Assembly: GCA_050015455.1 (NCBI GenBank)
Contig: JBEKBJ010000017.1
Coordinates: forward strand, 5,375-69,374
Length of the DNA stretch: 64,000 bases
Reading direction: 5' to 3'
Origin: Candidatus Binatia bacterium
GTDB lineage: Bacteria; Desulfobacterota; Binatia; HRBIN30
Positions within the stretch are counted from its first letter, which is position 1. Each line of letters begins with the position of its first letter. Of the stretch, positions 53,979 to 63,073 are shown piece after piece. The notes under the pieces are model-generated. The model was not told the DNA's origin. It did no database searches and saw nothing but the letters and a program-made list of their open reading frames with translations. A program made the position numbers and the translations under genes.

Positions 53979-54156
53979 ACCGGGTCGGCCCCGATGATTG
54001 CTTCGGAAGACACCTACAGCGGCGGTGAGACCCGCCGTGTCGCTACCGTTGTGGTGTGCCTTTTCGTTTGACAAACAAAGTCGGTCCATTAGAGAGTAAG
54101 ACCTCTGCTGGCCAGGCGTGAGTGTAGGGCGGCCGAAAAGACATGGGAGCAGTGTT

Positions 54157-56952
54157 ATGGGACGAACCTATTGCGCGACATCGTTGGTAGTTGCTTGCCT
54201 GCTATTCTGCCAAAGTTCGCGAGCACAACTTGCTTTTTTAGCAGGTCCACAGTCCCCGGTCGCGGGGGGGGCGGTGGACATTGCGGCGGCAGACTTCAAC
54301 GAAGATGGTATTGACGATGCAGCAGTAATCGGCACGGGCGTGGGCGGAGCTGTCACGGTGTTCTTCGGCTCGACAGACGGCAGCTTCACGTCCCCTGTCG
54401 CCATGACGGTGGGAAAGTTGCTGCGTGGCATCGTCACTGGAGATTTCAGCGGACACAAGGCAAACAATCAAGCTGCTATCGACATTGCGGTTGTCGGTGG
54501 GAACAAAGCGTACATACTGCCCGAACAAGTGCAAGGCGGAATGGGGACCGGGACGTTCGGGGCGCCAGTGAGCTTTCCGGTCCGCCATGTGGCCGCCGAT
54601 ATAGGTGCCGGGTACCTCAACTGCCCGCGCGGTTGCACGAGCTCCGCAGCTACGTTAGATCTTGTAACCGCCAACGGAATTTCCAACACATTGACTTTGC
54701 TGTTCGACCCGAGCCCCAAAACTGAAACGTATCAGTCCCCGCCGGATATCGCTACCGGGCGGAACGCCCATGCGGTTAAAGTGGCGGATTTCACCGGTAG
54801 CGGGGCCGACGATATCGCCGTGCTGCTCACCGGCTACACCGGTGCCGACCTCGTGAGCGTCTACCTCAACAACGGCACTGGGACCTTCTCGTCGCCTCCC
54901 GTCAGCTACCCTGTCGGCGTGGCAGCCACAGCCTTGACCGTCGCAAATTTCCACGGCGATATCGATGCCGACAGCGTGCAAGACATCGCGGTGTTGAATA
55001 AGGGCGCGGCCGCGGTGTTGAACAAGGGCACTGCGACAACAGCGGAAATCTCCGTTTCATTCCTGTTGAACCGAACGACCAAGTCGCCGGACGGCACACT
55101 CCGAGGGACTGGGTTCTTTGACACTTTACCCCTCTTCAGGGTCAGCTGCCCGGCGCAAGTCAATGGAATTCCCGTAACCTGTACTCCCCAGGGCATCGTC
55201 AGTGGCGACTTCGACGGCGACGGTTTAAGTGATTTCGCCGTGTCGTTCAGCACATCGGCAATAACGACAACATCAGCAACCGCCGGCTTCGTCAACGTCT
55301 ATACTGGGCGCGGGAACGGGCTGTTTGATTTCGCTGCCCAAGTCCTCGTCGGCCTTGCGCCGAGCGGCATGGCTGCGGGTGACTTCACCGGTCACGGTAA
55401 CGGTGTGCAAGACATTGCGGTCGCAGAATCCGGCAGTAGCACGACGCGCATACTGCAGAGCGTCCCGCCACCCCCGAAGCCCGGAGGTTGGGCGTGCAAA
55501 ACGGATAATCAATGTCAGGCGGGGTTGCACTGCGTCGACTACATCTGCTGCGCTCTGCCCGACGACGCTCTTTCATGCCCATCGGGCGAGCTCTGTAACG
55601 TCTCTGGCAACCTCGGGGTGTGCTCGCCGCCCGGGCCAAACGGCATTCCGTGTGATTCCGCACAACAGTGTCAGTCGGGGTTTTGTGTAGACGGGTTCTG
55701 CTGCAGTGCCGCGTCCTGCCCCGCCGGCGAATACTGCAACAGCGGCGGTTGCGCCGTGCCCGCTCCCTCCGGTAGCCCGTGTTCGGAGGACGAGCAGTGC
55801 ACATCCGGCTACTGCGTCAATGAAGTCTGCTGCGGCTCGGAGAGTTGCCCCAACAGCCAATCTTGCGATGTCCCCGGCTTTGAGGGTCAATGTACGCCGC
55901 TCGTCTCGCTCGGCAACGCGTGTACGAGCCCGGACCAATGTATCTCCGGTTTTTGTGCCGACGGGGTCTGCTGCTACGCAGCATACTGCCCCACGGACCA
56001 AGCGTGTAACCTCGCTGGATCCATGGGACAGTGCGCATACCTACCGACGCCCACACCCACCTCCACCGCCACGCCGACGACCACCTGGACACCCACGCCA
56101 ACCCTGACGCCGACGCCAACCCTGACGCCGACGCCTGTGCCGATCGGGGGGGCGTGCTCCGCCGGCATCACACTCTGTGACTCACCGAACCAATGCGTCG
56201 ACGGCATTTGCTGTCGCGCGGCATGCCCTGCCGGCCAGCATTGCAACATCACGAATTTAGTCGGCACGTGCCATGTGCAACTGTCGAATACATCACCCTG
56301 TAGCCTGAACACAGATTGCCTGTCCGGGTACTGCGCGCCGTCCGGCGAGTGCGCGCCGGCACCCACCGCGACGCCGACGCCGACGGCTACGATCACACTG
56401 ACTCCCTCGAACACGCCGACGGCCACGATCACACTGACTCCCTCGAACACTCCGACAGCGACCGCCACGCCTACGGCCACACCGACGGCCACACCAACGC
56501 CCTGCGACGAAACCAGCTGTGAAGCCCAGGGGCAGGGGTGGCGGTGCGACATCACGGGTTACGTGGGCACGTGTTCAGCCCCCTTTGGCTATGGGGACGG
56601 GCCGTGTGGAAAGAACACCGACTGTGAGGCGGCCCTGATTTGCAATTCGGACACGGAGCGATGCGATTACAACCCGACGCCGGCCCAGACGCTGACGCCG
56701 ACACCAGTAACGCCGTTGACGTGCCCACAGGGCATGGTGCCTCAAGGCAACGTATGCGTAAAGGTCAGCCGCAGCGGCGGCTGTTCAATCGGAGACCCGA
56801 GTGCCAGGGGTACGGCGGCCCCCGTAACTAGCGCCGCGGGCACAGACACCTGGCTGGTCGCCCTCCTGCCGTTGGCGCTCGGTATCCGGCGCCTCAGGCG
56901 GCAGCAAACCCGGGCCCACGCGCAGCGACCTATCCGAATTGCGTTACGGTAA
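54157..56952 (+). CDS. large secreted FG-GAP/VCBS beta-propeller protein with Cys-rich repeat array, Pro/Thr linkers and C-terminal hydrophobic/basic tail
   Basis: ORF 54118-56952. The ATG at 54157 follows GGGAG. It has a signal peptide and seven FG-GAP-like blades (ADFNEDGIDDAAV, GDFSGH..DIAVV, ADFTGSGADDIAVL, GDFDGDGLSDFAV, GDFTGHGNGVQDIAVA and others). These are followed by repeated 7-Cys modules, and the protein ends GGCSIG...WLVALLPLALGIRRLRRQQ. Confidence 0.85.
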   Translation: MGRTYCATSLVVACLLFCQSSRAQLAFLAGPQSPVAGGAVDIAAADFNEDGIDDAAVIGTGVGGAVTVFFGSTDGSFTSPVAMTVGKLLRGIVTGDFSGHKANNQAAIDIAVVGGNKAYILPEQVQGGMGTGTFGAPVSFPVRHVAADIGAGYLNCPRGCTSSAATLDLVTANGISNTLTLLFDPSPKTETYQSPPDIATGRNAHAVKVADFTGSGADDIAVLLTGYTGADLVSVYLNNGTGTFSSPPVSYPVGVAATALTVANFHGDIDADSVQDIAVLNKGAAAVLNKGTATTAEISVSFLLNRTTKSPDGTLRGTGFFDTLPLFRVSCPAQVNGIPVTCTPQGIVSGDFDGDGLSDFAVSFSTSAITTTSATAGFVNVYTGRGNGLFDFAAQVLVGLAPSGMAAGDFTGHGNGVQDIAVAESGSSTTRILQSVPPPPKPGGWACKTDNQCQAGLHCVDYICCALPDDALSCPSGELCNVSGNLGVCSPPGPNGIPCDSAQQCQSGFCVDGFCCSAASCPAGEYCNSGGCAVPAPSGSPCSEDEQCTSGYCVNEVCCGSESCPNSQSCDVPGFEGQCTPLVSLGNACTSPDQCISGFCADGVCCYAAYCPTDQACNLAGSMGQCAYLPTPTPTSTATPTTTWTPTPTLTPTPTLTPTPVPIGGACSAGITLCDSPNQCVDGICCRAACPAGQHCNITNLVGTCHVQLSNTSPCSLNTDCLSGYCAPSGECAPAPTATPTPTATITLTPSNTPTATITLTPSNTPTATATPTATPTATPTPCDETSCEAQGQGWRCDITGYVGTCSAPFGYGDGPCGKNTDCEAALICNSDTERCDYNPTPAQTLTPTPVTPLTCPQGMVPQGNVCVKVSRSGGCSIGDPSARGTAAPVTSAAGTDTWLVALLPLALGIRRLRRQQTRAHAQRPIRIALR
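56095..56130 (+). repeat. 18-nt tandem repeat x2 (acgccaaccctgacgccg; encodes TPTLTP x2)
   Basis: Exact duplication inside the first Pro/Thr linker of the large protein. Confidence 0.9.
56383..56454 (+). repeat. 36-nt tandem duplication (encodes TATITLTPSNTP x2)
   Basis: Units at 56383-56418 and 56419-56454 differ at 2 positions. They lie inside the second Pro/Thr linker. Confidence 0.9.
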
Positions 56953-56989
56953 CTTCGCGTGCCTTACGCCAGCGGCAAGCGGGCGACGC

Positions 56990-57976
56990 TCAATCCTGTG
57001 TCCCACTCTCCCAGCGCTTCCACTGCTCGGCGTAGGCGTCGACGTTGTCGCGCGTGACCACATCGATGCCCGAATAGTGATATACCTCGGCTGGCTGCTC
57101 GCCATCGTGGATGGCCTTCAGCAGCCGTACCGATTCCTCGCCCCAGCCGAAGTACTTCTGCCCAACGAGGAGCTGTACCTTGCCGCTGCGGAGCAGGTCC
57201 GGCGCAGGCGGAATCGTGTCGAACGCGACAAACTTGGTGTGAGCTGGATCGATGGGGTCGAGTGCGTTGCGCATGAATACCGGCCAACCACCGACGGACA
57301 GCCAGCCGTCGAGATCCGGATGGCGTTGCGTGCCGACGGCGATCACTTCGGCGACCCGCAACGCGTCATCACGAATATCGTAGGTTTCGACGATGTGGAC
57401 CTCGGGGTAGCGTGCGAGCGCCTCGCGCGCGCCGTCCAGCCGCTTCTGTAAGTTGTCGGCCCCGAGTGACGTGATCAGCGCGACGCGGCCGCGCCCGCCG
57501 AGGAGCCCGGCCAAGCCATCCCCGAGCGCCCGGCCCGCCTCGATGTCGTTCACGCCGTAAAATGCCAGGCGCTTGCTCTTCGGCGCATCCGAGTCAAACG
57601 TGACCACGGGGATCCCGCCATCCACCGCACGGTCGATGGCGTCGGTCAGCAGATCGCCGTTGAGACAGGAGATGGCAACGCCGTCCACGCGCTGGGCGAT
57701 GAACGATTCGAGAATCTCCTTCTGCCGAATCTCGTCGGTGGTCTCCGGCCCGCGCCAGAGGATGTCGATCCCGCCGAGCCGTTGCGCGGCGCGCTCCGCG
57801 CCAGTGCGGGCATAATCGAACACCGGGATGTGCAGCGCTTTTGGAATGATCGCAAAGCGAAGCTTGCGGGGGCCGTCGGCCGGCCGTGAGCACCCCGTCG
57901 CCATCGCGAGCAACATGAGCGCCGCGATTGCAGATTTCAGATCTACGATTCCAAGCTTGTCCATCTCAATCCGCAA
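56990..57976 (-). CDS. sugar ABC transporter substrate-binding protein (ribose/LacI-type PBP fold)
   Basis: 328-aa ORF with a lipoprotein-like signal (LLAMATGCS) and the PBP type-I pattern FAIIPKALHIPVFDYARTG...VDGVAISCL. Confidence 0.82.
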   Translation of the reverse strand: MRIEMDKLGIVDLKSAIAALMLLAMATGCSRPADGPRKLRFAIIPKALHIPVFDYARTGAERAAQRLGGIDILWRGPETTDEIRQKEILESFIAQRVDGVAISCLNGDLLTDAIDRAVDGGIPVVTFDSDAPKSKRLAFYGVNDIEAGRALGDGLAGLLGGRGRVALITSLGADNLQKRLDGAREALARYPEVHIVETYDIRDDALRVAEVIAVGTQRHPDLDGWLSVGGWPVFMRNALDPIDPAHTKFVAFDTIPPAPDLLRSGKVQLLVGQKYFGWGEESVRLLKAIHDGEQPAEVYHYSGIDVVTRDNVDAYAEQWKRWESGTQD

Positions 57977-57997
57977 TCTACAATCTGCAATCCAAAA

Positions 57998-58984
57998 TCA
58001 ACTCCTCTCCCGCGTTGCCAGCCGGTCCATGACCACGATCACGAGGACGGCAACTCCGAGGATGAGCCGGTCCAGGAACGTGCCCCGCGGGAATTGCGCC
58101 AGCGCGTTGCGGAGCACGCCGAAGATGAGCGAGCCGATCACGGCGCCCACCACCGAGGCGCGCCCGCCGGACAGCGAGGCGCCGCCCACGACCGCCGCGG
58201 CGATGATATCGAGCTCGTAGCCGCCGGCCACGTCCGCCTTCCCTTGTCCCTGGACGACCGCCAGCACCACCCCCGACAAGGCCGCCAGCGCGCCGCCGCT
58301 CACGTAGACGAACGCCTTCACTCGTTTCACCCGTACACCGGCATATCGTGCCGCGACTTCATTGCCGCCCGTCGCAAGGATGTGGCGGCCGAGCGCGGTG
58401 CGCCTCATGATCATCTGAAAGACGATGGTCAGCACCAACATGATGACGCCAGGCCAGAACGACAGCGCTATGCCGAGCGGCGCCGTCTCGGGTGCGAGGC
58501 GCGCCGACAGATCGTAGAAACGCCCTTCCGTGATCAGGAACGCGGCGCCGCGGGTGATGCCCATCACGCCCAAGGTGGCGATGAACGGCGGCAGACTGGC
58601 CGCGATCACGAGCACGGCTGCGAGCGCCCCCGAGCCCAAGCCTACGCCGACACCGGCCAGGCACGCCGCCCACAACGGCCAGCCGCCGACGACGAACAGA
58701 TCGCCGGTAACCACTGACGCCAACGCGATGACCGCGCCGGGAGCGAGGTCGATGCCGCCTGCACCGATGATCATCGACGCTCCGATGGCAGCGATGCCGT
58801 AGATGCTGGAGTACTTCAGGATCAGCGCAACGTTGCCGGCGTTGGCAAAAGTGTGCGGTCCGCCGCCGCGGGGCGCCAACACCAGCGCGAAGAAGCCGAA
58901 CTCAAGCAGCAAAATGAGCGCGGCGCTCCAACCAGACACCAGCCGAGGCAGCGCCACGCGGCGCACGGGCAGGGGCGCAGTCAT
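57998..58984 (-). CDS. sugar ABC transporter permease (RbsC-like)
   Basis: 328-aa polytopic ORF with the typical GGIDLAPGAVIAL and GRHILATGGNEVAARYAGV motifs. Confidence 0.88.
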   Translation of the reverse strand: MTAPLPVRRVALPRLVSGWSAALILLLEFGFFALVLAPRGGGPHTFANAGNVALILKYSSIYGIAAIGASMIIGAGGIDLAPGAVIALASVVTGDLFVVGGWPLWAACLAGVGVGLGSGALAAVLVIAASLPPFIATLGVMGITRGAAFLITEGRFYDLSARLAPETAPLGIALSFWPGVIMLVLTIVFQMIMRRTALGRHILATGGNEVAARYAGVRVKRVKAFVYVSGGALAALSGVVLAVVQGQGKADVAGGYELDIIAAAVVGGASLSGGRASVVGAVIGSLIFGVLRNALAQFPRGTFLDRLILGVAVLVIVVMDRLATRERS

Positions 58985-60453
58985 TCGCTCTCAGCTCTCG
59001 ATTGCGGGCTCGCGACTGCGCTCACCGCCGCCCCCGTCATCAATGCCGCCAGCCGCGTCTCGCTCGCCTCACCCGCTGTGAGCTCGCCCGCAACTTCACC
59101 GTCGTGCAGCACGAGGATGCGGTCGCACAGCGCCAGCAGTTCCGGCAAGTCGCTGGAGGCCAGCACGACCGGCGCGCCGGCCTCGGCGAGCTGCCGGATC
59201 AGATCGTGGATCTCGGCCTTCACGGCCACGTCGACGCCTGCGGTGGGTTCGTCCAGCAGCAACAGCGCCGGCTGCCGGCGGAGCGCCCGCGCGAGCAGCA
59301 GTTTCTGCTGATTGCCGCCGGACAACGAGTCGATCACGGCTTCGCTCCCGGGCGCACGAATCCGCAACCGCTCGATCCAGTGTCGCGCCTCGGTGCGCTC
59401 GCGCCTCGGATGAAGGCGCCACCCAGGAGATGGCAAGAAGAGATTGTGGCGCAGGTTGAGCGTGCGTATCAGCCCTTTGCTGGCGCGGTCTTCCGGCACG
59501 AGCACTGGGGCCTCCCCCAACTTCATGTGGCCGGACCGCAGCGGGCGCAGCCCCGTGATGCCTTCGAGCACCTCACTGCGGCCCGCACCCACGAGGCCGG
59601 CGAGGCCGACCACCTCACCGCGTCGGACCGTGAGGCTGAGCCCGCGCACGTGCGCCACGGCGACCTTCACGAGCTCGAGCGCCGCCGATCCAAGGGGCGC
59701 ACCGCCGCGCACCCGAGGCGCCAGGTCGCGCCCTACCATCCGCCGGACGAGCGTTGCGGTATCAACCGCGGTGATCGGATCCGTCGAGACGCGCCGGCCA
59801 TCACGCAGGACGGTTACGCGGTCGGCGATGGCACGCACCTCCTCGAGCCGGTGGCTGACGTACAGGATACCGCTGCCCCGTTTTCGCTGTGCGCAAACGG
59901 CGCCAAACAGCACCTGCGTTTCCGCCTGGCCCAGCACCGCTGTGGGTTCGTCGAGCAACAGCAGGTCGGGGCGTCCACACAGTGCGCGCGCCAACTGCAC
60001 TTGCTTCCGTTGCGTGACCGCCAGACTCCGAAGCGAAGCTTGTGGGTCTGCCGTGCAGCCCACGGCCGCCAAGGCTGCCGACGTGGCTTCCTGCATCGCT
60101 CGCTGCCGCAGCCGCCGGAGCTTGCCGCGCAGCTCGCGCGCGAGGAACAGCCATTCGCTGACACGCAGGTCCGGCGGCAGCTCCGTTTCCTGCGGCACCC
60201 ACTCGATGCGCGTCCCCACCGGAACTCGAATCGAGCCCGCGCTCAGCCGCACGGCGCCAGCGATGCCGCGTAACAGGGTGGACTTACCGGCGCCGTTTTC
60301 ACCTACCACTGCGTGCACCTCGCCCGGGTACACGTCCAGGTCGACCTCGTCGAGGGCAGCTGTGGCGTGGTACCGCACAGAGATGCCGGCGCCGACCAGC
60401 AGCGGCTGGCCCAAAGTTTGGTCGTACCTCTGACAGGCTTCTTCTCGCCTCAT
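58981..60453 (-). CDS. sugar ABC transporter ATP-binding protein (duplicated ABC domains)
   Basis: 490-aa ORF. First Walker A GENGAGKST. Signature LSGGNQQK in the second half. Walker B LLLLDEPT occurs twice. Confidence 0.9.
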   Translation of the reverse strand: MRREEACQRYDQTLGQPLLVGAGISVRYHATAALDEVDLDVYPGEVHAVVGENGAGKSTLLRGIAGAVRLSAGSIRVPVGTRIEWVPQETELPPDLRVSEWLFLARELRGKLRRLRQRAMQEATSAALAAVGCTADPQASLRSLAVTQRKQVQLARALCGRPDLLLLDEPTAVLGQAETQVLFGAVCAQRKRGSGILYVSHRLEEVRAIADRVTVLRDGRRVSTDPITAVDTATLVRRMVGRDLAPRVRGGAPLGSAALELVKVAVAHVRGLSLTVRRGEVVGLAGLVGAGRSEVLEGITGLRPLRSGHMKLGEAPVLVPEDRASKGLIRTLNLRHNLFLPSPGWRLHPRRERTEARHWIERLRIRAPGSEAVIDSLSGGNQQKLLLARALRRQPALLLLDEPTAGVDVAVKAEIHDLIRQLAEAGAPVVLASSDLPELLALCDRILVLHDGEVAGELTAGEASETRLAALMTGAAVSAVASPQSRAESE

Positions 60454-60468
60454 GCCGGGACGCAGCCC

Positions 60469-62253
60469 CTATTCCACTTGTACGGGAACGCGCAGCGCCG
60501 CGCCACCTGATCTGCCCTTGGTGGGATCGACCGCCTGCGTCACAATGAGTTCCAACTGATACTCGCCGGGCCGGGTCGGCGCTTCGATCTCGGCGTTCAA
60601 CGCGATCGACTCCCGCGGCCCCACGTTTCGCGGCAAGGGAATGAATCCTCCTTCGCCTTGTACGACGGCGTCTCGTGACCACCAGCGGTACGTGATCCAC
60701 ACTTGGAGGTAGGCAAAATCACTGAAGGCGGGCCAGGCAAGGGCACCGCGGTTGGTGACCCAGAGGTGCAGCGTCCCCTTGCCTTGGCGGCGATAGCGGC
60801 GCGGAAGCGGATCGCTGGTGGTCAGCTCACCGGACAATTGTTCAGGGTCGAGCGCGTGGAGCAGCGCCGGTTCGGGGTGCACCAGCGCCTGCCACAGCAG
60901 CGGAGCAAGGTCAAACGCGTGCCATCCGGCGCGTGCGGCGCGCAGGATCTGCGGATCACTCCAGTCCCACGCGCGCCACGACGCCCTGTCGACCGAGCGC
61001 GGCAGCGCATTCCACGAGTTGTCGTCGCAGTACGCGCCAATAGCTTGCACCAGCAGGCCCCAAAACACGAGCGCCAATACCAGCGGCCGCCCTCGACCCG
61101 ATTGCCACAAACGCTCCACTGCCGGGATGGCGCCCAAGGCGATCACCGGCAACGCGTCGGTGATGAAGCGCGGCCCGTAGCAGTGACCGCCCCACCATCC
61201 GATCCAAGCGCTGTACAGCAGCAGATACGCGGCCACTCCGAACGGCGCGTACGCCAGCCAGCGCGGCCCCGCACGGCCAGGGCGGCACAAGGTCGGGATG
61301 GCGAGCGCAGCGGCCGGGGTGTAGATGAAGAGGCCACGGTTCGGGCTCACCAGCAACCCGAGAAAACGGCCAATGGCAGGCCAGGCAAAGGTGCCGCGCT
61401 GGTAGCCTCCGGTGGCGATGTTCACCACGCGCAGGTTGTAAGCGAGGAGCAAGCCGGCGCCCAACACGGGCAGGCTCAAGAACGGGATCAGCTGAGCGCG
61501 CCGCTCCCGCCACACGAATACCAGCGCGACGAGCGCGAACACGAGCATCGTCGGACGCGCCAACACGCCGAGCGCGGCGAAGGCACCGGCGGCCATTGCA
61601 GTGCGCCGCCGGACCGGCGCCATCAGACAGAAGCTCAGCCCCGCAAGTCCCAGCTCGGCCAAACCGTGCTGCCATAAAGCTTGGCTGCCGACCGTCCACG
61701 TACTGCTGGCGAGCCCGTAGGCCAAGGTGACCCCAACGGCCACTCTTGTCGAGGTCATGGCCGCGGCCGCGAGGAACACGAAAACGACTGACGCGGCCGC
61801 GATGGTTGCCGCAGCGATACGTTCCATAACTACCGAGGCCAAGCGGAAGCGTACGTCGTCATCATCGATATGGTGAGACTGCAGCCACCAGGTGACGGGT
61901 ACATAGAGCGGTGTCACGATGATCGGCACACCAACTGGATAGCGCGACAGCCAGTGGCCGCTCGGGCTGCGGCGGAGGAAGTACGGCTCCGGCTCGAGCC
62001 GCCGCAGCCAGGTGAATTCGTCCAGGTCGAGATTGCCCTGGCGCAAGATGCTGAACGGCAGCAGCCGTGCCGGAATCGAATCCCAAGCCCCTATGGGGCG
62101 CAGGTTGGTCAGATACAAGAGGAAGCAAGCGGCGCCCAGCACACACGCCGCACCCAGCCGATGTCCTCCGGCGGCCGGCGCGGATTTCGGTTCGGTACGC
62201 GCCGGCCGCGGGCGCGTGGGATGCGGCGCTGTGCGGGTTTTCCGGTGAGCCAT
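60469..62253 (-). CDS. polytopic membrane protein, GT-C-like glycosyltransferase candidate with C-terminal soluble beta-rich domain
   Basis: 594-aa ORF with about 12 hydrophobic segments and an early loop, RPIGAWDSIPARLLPFSILRQGNLDLDEF. The C-terminal ~110 aa are non-hydrophobic (TLHLWVTNRGALAWP...GEYQLELIVTQ). The family call is tentative. Confidence 0.5.
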   Translation of the reverse strand: MAHRKTRTAPHPTRPRPARTEPKSAPAAGGHRLGAACVLGAACFLLYLTNLRPIGAWDSIPARLLPFSILRQGNLDLDEFTWLRRLEPEPYFLRRSPSGHWLSRYPVGVPIIVTPLYVPVTWWLQSHHIDDDDVRFRLASVVMERIAAATIAAASVVFVFLAAAAMTSTRVAVGVTLAYGLASSTWTVGSQALWQHGLAELGLAGLSFCLMAPVRRRTAMAAGAFAALGVLARPTMLVFALVALVFVWRERRAQLIPFLSLPVLGAGLLLAYNLRVVNIATGGYQRGTFAWPAIGRFLGLLVSPNRGLFIYTPAAALAIPTLCRPGRAGPRWLAYAPFGVAAYLLLYSAWIGWWGGHCYGPRFITDALPVIALGAIPAVERLWQSGRGRPLVLALVFWGLLVQAIGAYCDDNSWNALPRSVDRASWRAWDWSDPQILRAARAGWHAFDLAPLLWQALVHPEPALLHALDPEQLSGELTTSDPLPRRYRRQGKGTLHLWVTNRGALAWPAFSDFAYLQVWITYRWWSRDAVVQGEGGFIPLPRNVGPRESIALNAEIEAPTRPGEYQLELIVTQAVDPTKGRSGGAALRVPVQVE

Positions 62254-62353
62254 GATGGTTCAGCAGTCCTCGGATTCCGTCCGCAACCTACGCCGTTCTT
62301 GTACCGATGCACAACCCGATCAGCGGACTTAGAGAAGTCGTGGCCGGCGCTCC

Positions 62354-63073
62354 ATGAGCGCCCACGTACTCGAATCGCGAGATGGTTTTCGGTATGTAGC
62401 CAGCGTGAGCATGCGAGCGCTGAACGAGATCGAGGCCAAGGCATTGCTGGCGGAAAGTGGGTTACCGGTGGCGCCGGCCGAACTGGCACGTACGGCTGGC
62501 GAGGCGGCGCGGACAGCCGAGCGCATTGGCTTTCCGGCGGCGCTGAAGATCGTGTCACCCGACATCGTGCACAAGTCCGATGTGGGCGGCGTCAAGCTGG
62601 GACTGACATCGCCGCAGGAGGTGGTGGCCGCCTTCGAAGCGGTCATGGAGTCCGCCCGCGTGGCCGCGCCCGCCGCGCGCCTCGACGGCGTCGCGGTCCA
62701 ACCCATGGCGCGCGCCGGCGGTGCCGAGGTGATCGTCGGGGTGAGCGTGGACGCGCAGTTCGGGCATGTGATCATGTGCGGCCTCGGCGGCGTACTGGTC
62801 GAGGTTTTGCAGGACGTGAGCTTCCGTCTCATTCCCCTGCAGCGGCGCGACGCCCGGCAGATGCTCTCGGAGTTGCGCGGCCGGCGTCTGCTCGAGGGCA
62901 TGCGCGGCCGTCCAGCGGTGGATATGGAGGCGCTAGTGGAGCTGTTTCTGCAAGTATCCGGGCTGATCGAACGGCGGCCGGACATCCGCGAGCTCGATCT
63001 CAACCCGGTGCTCGCGTATCCGGACGGCGTGCTCGCGGTGGACGCGCGCGTGCTTCTCGAGGAGCCGCCGTGA
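62354..63073 (+). CDS. ADP-forming acyl-CoA synthetase beta subunit (ATP-grasp)
   Basis: 239-aa ORF, EIEAKALLAESGLPV...AALKIVSPDIVHKSDVGGVKLGL. Paralogous to the N-terminal part of the fused enzyme at 35086-37401. Confidence 0.85.
   Translation: MSAHVLESRDGFRYVASVSMRALNEIEAKALLAESGLPVAPAELARTAGEAARTAERIGFPAALKIVSPDIVHKSDVGGVKLGLTSPQEVVAAFEAVMESARVAAPAARLDGVAVQPMARAGGAEVIVGVSVDAQFGHVIMCGLGGVLVEVLQDVSFRLIPLQRRDARQMLSELRGRRLLEGMRGRPAVDMEALVELFLQVSGLIERRPDIRELDLNPVLAYPDGVLAVDARVLLEEPP

Noticed and set aside
56041-56520. Repetitive DNA that could be mistaken for a CRISPR array or non-coding VNTR
   Set aside because: - The repeats are in-frame Pro/Thr-coding units inside a long ORF.
- There is no repeat-spacer periodicity of 25-40 nt with unique spacers.
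- There are no cas genes in the window.
53697-56952. Idea that the DNA downstream of tRNA-Ala is an integrated genomic island
   Set aside because: - I found no downstream direct repeat of the tRNA 3' end.
- There is no integrase gene.
- There is no obvious compositional shift.
- Only the tRNA adjacency supports the idea.
56850-56952. Calling the C-terminus of the large protein a bona fide MYXO-CTERM or PEP-CTERM signal
   Set aside because: - There is no PEP motif.
- The Cys-containing GGCSIG lies about 20 residues before the hydrophobic helix instead of directly adjacent.
- It is kept only as sorting-signal-like, pending HMM tests.
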